A stretch of DNA of 64,000 nt, taken from Sphyrna mokarran (taxonomy: Eukaryota). A model generated the notes under the pieces. It was not told where the DNA came from. It made no database searches and saw only the letters and a program-made list of their open reading frames with translations. Shown here piece by piece: positions 61,658 through 64,000 of this stretch (positions are counted from its first letter, which is position 1; each line of letters opens with the position of its first letter). The translations under genes were made by a program, and so were the position numbers. Location: the NCBI GenBank assembly GCA_024679065.1, contig JAGIQG010000009.1, forward strand, positions 91,698,001 through 91,762,000. Reading direction: 5' to 3'.

Positions 61658-61800
61658 GTTCTGGCAGTTCTCAGGCCTCCTCAGAGCAGACAGATGTTGA
61701 AGCTGGCACAAATTTACTATCCTCGGGCATCCAGAGCAGTACGGAGACTGTGCAGGAACCATTCCTTTCGCCCCCAGACCCCGGTACATGCAGGGAATAA
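61658..61800 (+). CDS. Gene D terminal cytoplasmic exon
   Basis: cttttcctgtttcttag|GTTCTGGC...TAA; SSGSSQASSEQTDVEAGTNLLSSGIQSSTETVQEPFLSPPDPGTCRE*. Confidence 0.72.
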
Positions 61801-63139
61801 GCCATGGTGCAAAGGAGTTGATAACACTTGTTGTTATGACACATGCTGCCTGACTTTCTTTCTAAAGAAACTTTAATTTCTTGGTGATTTGAGGTGATAC
61901 AGATCTATTTGTTGGACACCTTCTGCTCGCTATAGGACTAACCTTGACTCTACTCCTGTCACTCACCGCTACGTAACTGGCCTCTACTGAGTAATTCTCA
62001 TTGGACAATCTCTATCATCTCTTGACCCTTCCAGTAGAGCAGGTGCTGATTCATCTGGGCAGTAGTGATAAAGTGCTCTGAGGCACTAGTGATCCAGTGG
62101 ATCAGTGATCCTTTTCAGTAATCCTGTTAAGGTCTGTTGACCTCTGTATTTGTCTTTCACTGGCTGGGCAAACCTGTTTCTCCTGGCTAGCTCACTGCTA
62201 GCTGCTGGATTGCTGACTATCACTCCTCTGCAATTAAAAGTGGGTGACAGGAAGGATTTGTGACAGCAGCCACAGAGGGGCCGGGGAAACTCTGGGTTGG
62301 GTCGATCCGGAGCTCTGTAACATCCTCACAAATATGGATCATCAACTGGTCAGTCTCACCATTCATCCTGCCATTGGAGGAACTAACACGAGTGAGACAT
62401 TGGTACTGAGCAACCCTGGTATTGGACACAATGCACTCACTGCTTTACCAATGTACAGATGTTGCACAGTTGATCTAAAACCTGTTCCTTCTCGTGATGG
62501 CATAGCTTGATGCTCAGGTGGTGGTGAAGGGGAGTGAGGGGTGCAGATTAAGGCTGGGGAGGGGCAGATTAGCACTTGGAGAATAGATGAATGATTTGGC
62601 TCTGGGAGGGGGAATGATGTTCAATGGGGAGGGGGGGGAAATTAATGCTCAGGAAGGAGGAGTGCATGTAGAAGGGGAGAGCATTCAGAGGGGGAGAGTG
62701 CCCAGTGGAGGGGGGTTAGGGAGTGGTTGGATAGGGGGAGAGCACTCAAATGGGTTTAATTTTTGGAGGGATTTAATGTTTTGATGGGTTTAACTATCAG
62801 ATGGATTTAATACTTTGAAAGAGCGCTAAATGCTTGGATGGGAAATACCAATATTTTAATATATATCAATTCATTCACTTTATCTTAATCCTGTAAATAA
62901 CTTTAATTTTGTAAGTGAGATTTTCTCTCTTTCTGTTCTTCCATCTCTATATGTATTGTTTCATTGCAGATCATTACAATATACTGTGAATGAGTGAAAC
63001 CCAGCATGTGGCAATGTCTCATCCTTATTCCCATCTAACAGATCCTGTGTTATTCCCGGGATATCTGGGACCACAACCCATGCCGGCATTGGCTGTGGGA
63101 AATCCATAAACTGGGGTTAATTGGAAGGCTGTCTGGGAA

Positions 63140-64000
63140 CCTGGGAGGGAGATAGGGAGGGAGATAGGGAGGGAGCGTGGAGGGAGATAGGAAGGAAGTA
63201 CAGAGGGAGGTGTGGAGGAACACAGAGGGAGGTGTGGGGAGAGGTATTGAAAGCTGGTGGGAGAGGATTTGGGGGAATATCAAGTGGGAGAAGACAGCCA
63301 GGGACCAGGAAAATGGAGAAAGGGCAGGAGAGATAGGAATATAGATTGGGGAATGAGGGAGACTATTGGAAGGGTGTGGCGGGGGGGGAGGGGGGGATGT
63401 TGGCATGGGGGAGAAGGGTCATTGTGTGTGTGCACCTCCTTTCCCTGCTTTGCCCCTCCCTCCTCCGCTCTACCTTTATCCCCACTGCTTCCCTCTTCCA
63501 CTGTCCCTTTCCCCCCACTCCCTCCCTCCTCGCTTCCCTTCCCCCACTGCACCCCCTTTCCCCCTGCACTCCCATCTCCTCACGTTCCCTTCACCCACCC
63601 CACCTGCTCTCTCCCCCTCCCTCCTGCACCCCCTCTCTCCCCTCAATGTCTAAGGGGCGAGGGATCTGGACTGTGCGAGTAGGATCAAGGAGTGATGAGT
63701 ACAGCAGGGGGAGGACTAAGAGTGAGAGGCCTGGGTGTACGAGTGAGGGAGCAAGTAGAGAGAGGTGAAGAATTGACGGGACAGGGTTTACATACGGGAT
63801 AATGAGGGTGAAGGAGGAAGAGGTGGAGGAGTGAACGTGGAATAAGTATGGAGTAAAGGAGCGATGCTCTAAGGAATGATGAAATTAATATTGAGGTGGG
63901 AAGGTGCAAATTATGGAGGTTTGAGGGATGGAGGAGATGGGCAGAGGGGTGCTGGGGACGGGGTAGAGGGGTGAGAGGTGGAGGAGTCTGGATTTGAGCC
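63140..64000. repeat. Low-complexity polypurine/polypyrimidine tracts
   Basis: Alternating GA-rich and CT-rich blocks. Confidence 0.7.

Noticed and set aside
526-61800. Assigning gene symbols (UAA, UBA, UDA, UEA, CD1, MR1)
   Set aside because: Lineage cannot be established from sequence inspection alone; requires a phylogeny
61694-61876. 60-aa ORF as gene D's last exon
   Set aside because: The phase-1 splice chain reads a different frame that ends at TAA 61798-61800

Overview
This is vertebrate genomic DNA, almost certainly from a shark or other elasmobranch (inferred from HE1/V-SINE-type SINEs, CR1 LINEs and Penelope remnants). It holds a cluster of MHC class I heavy-chain genes in two head-to-head pairs. 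Gene A (minus strand; leader 13619-13670, running off the left edge) and gene B (minus strand; 41595 to ~23437) are paralogous nonclassical class I genes. Both lack several peptide-anchor residues and the canonical alpha2 C101-C164 disulfide. Pseudogene C (plus strand; 20630-23212) is a dead leader plus alpha1 of the same family. Gene D (plus strand; 47644-61800) is an intact class I gene of a clearly different lineage, yet its leader exon is 51/52 nt identical to gene A's and its promoter block is a duplicate of C's, which suggests promoter/leader exchange between lineages. All exon boundaries were read by hand from GT-AG sites and phase-1 junctions. Introns are filled with CR1 LINEs (one young subfamily inserted four times), SINEs, Penelope fragments with hammerhead-ribozyme motifs, a Rex1/Babar-like LINE and several minisatellites. 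Lineage names (UEA/UDA/UBA etc.) cannot be assigned without a phylogeny.
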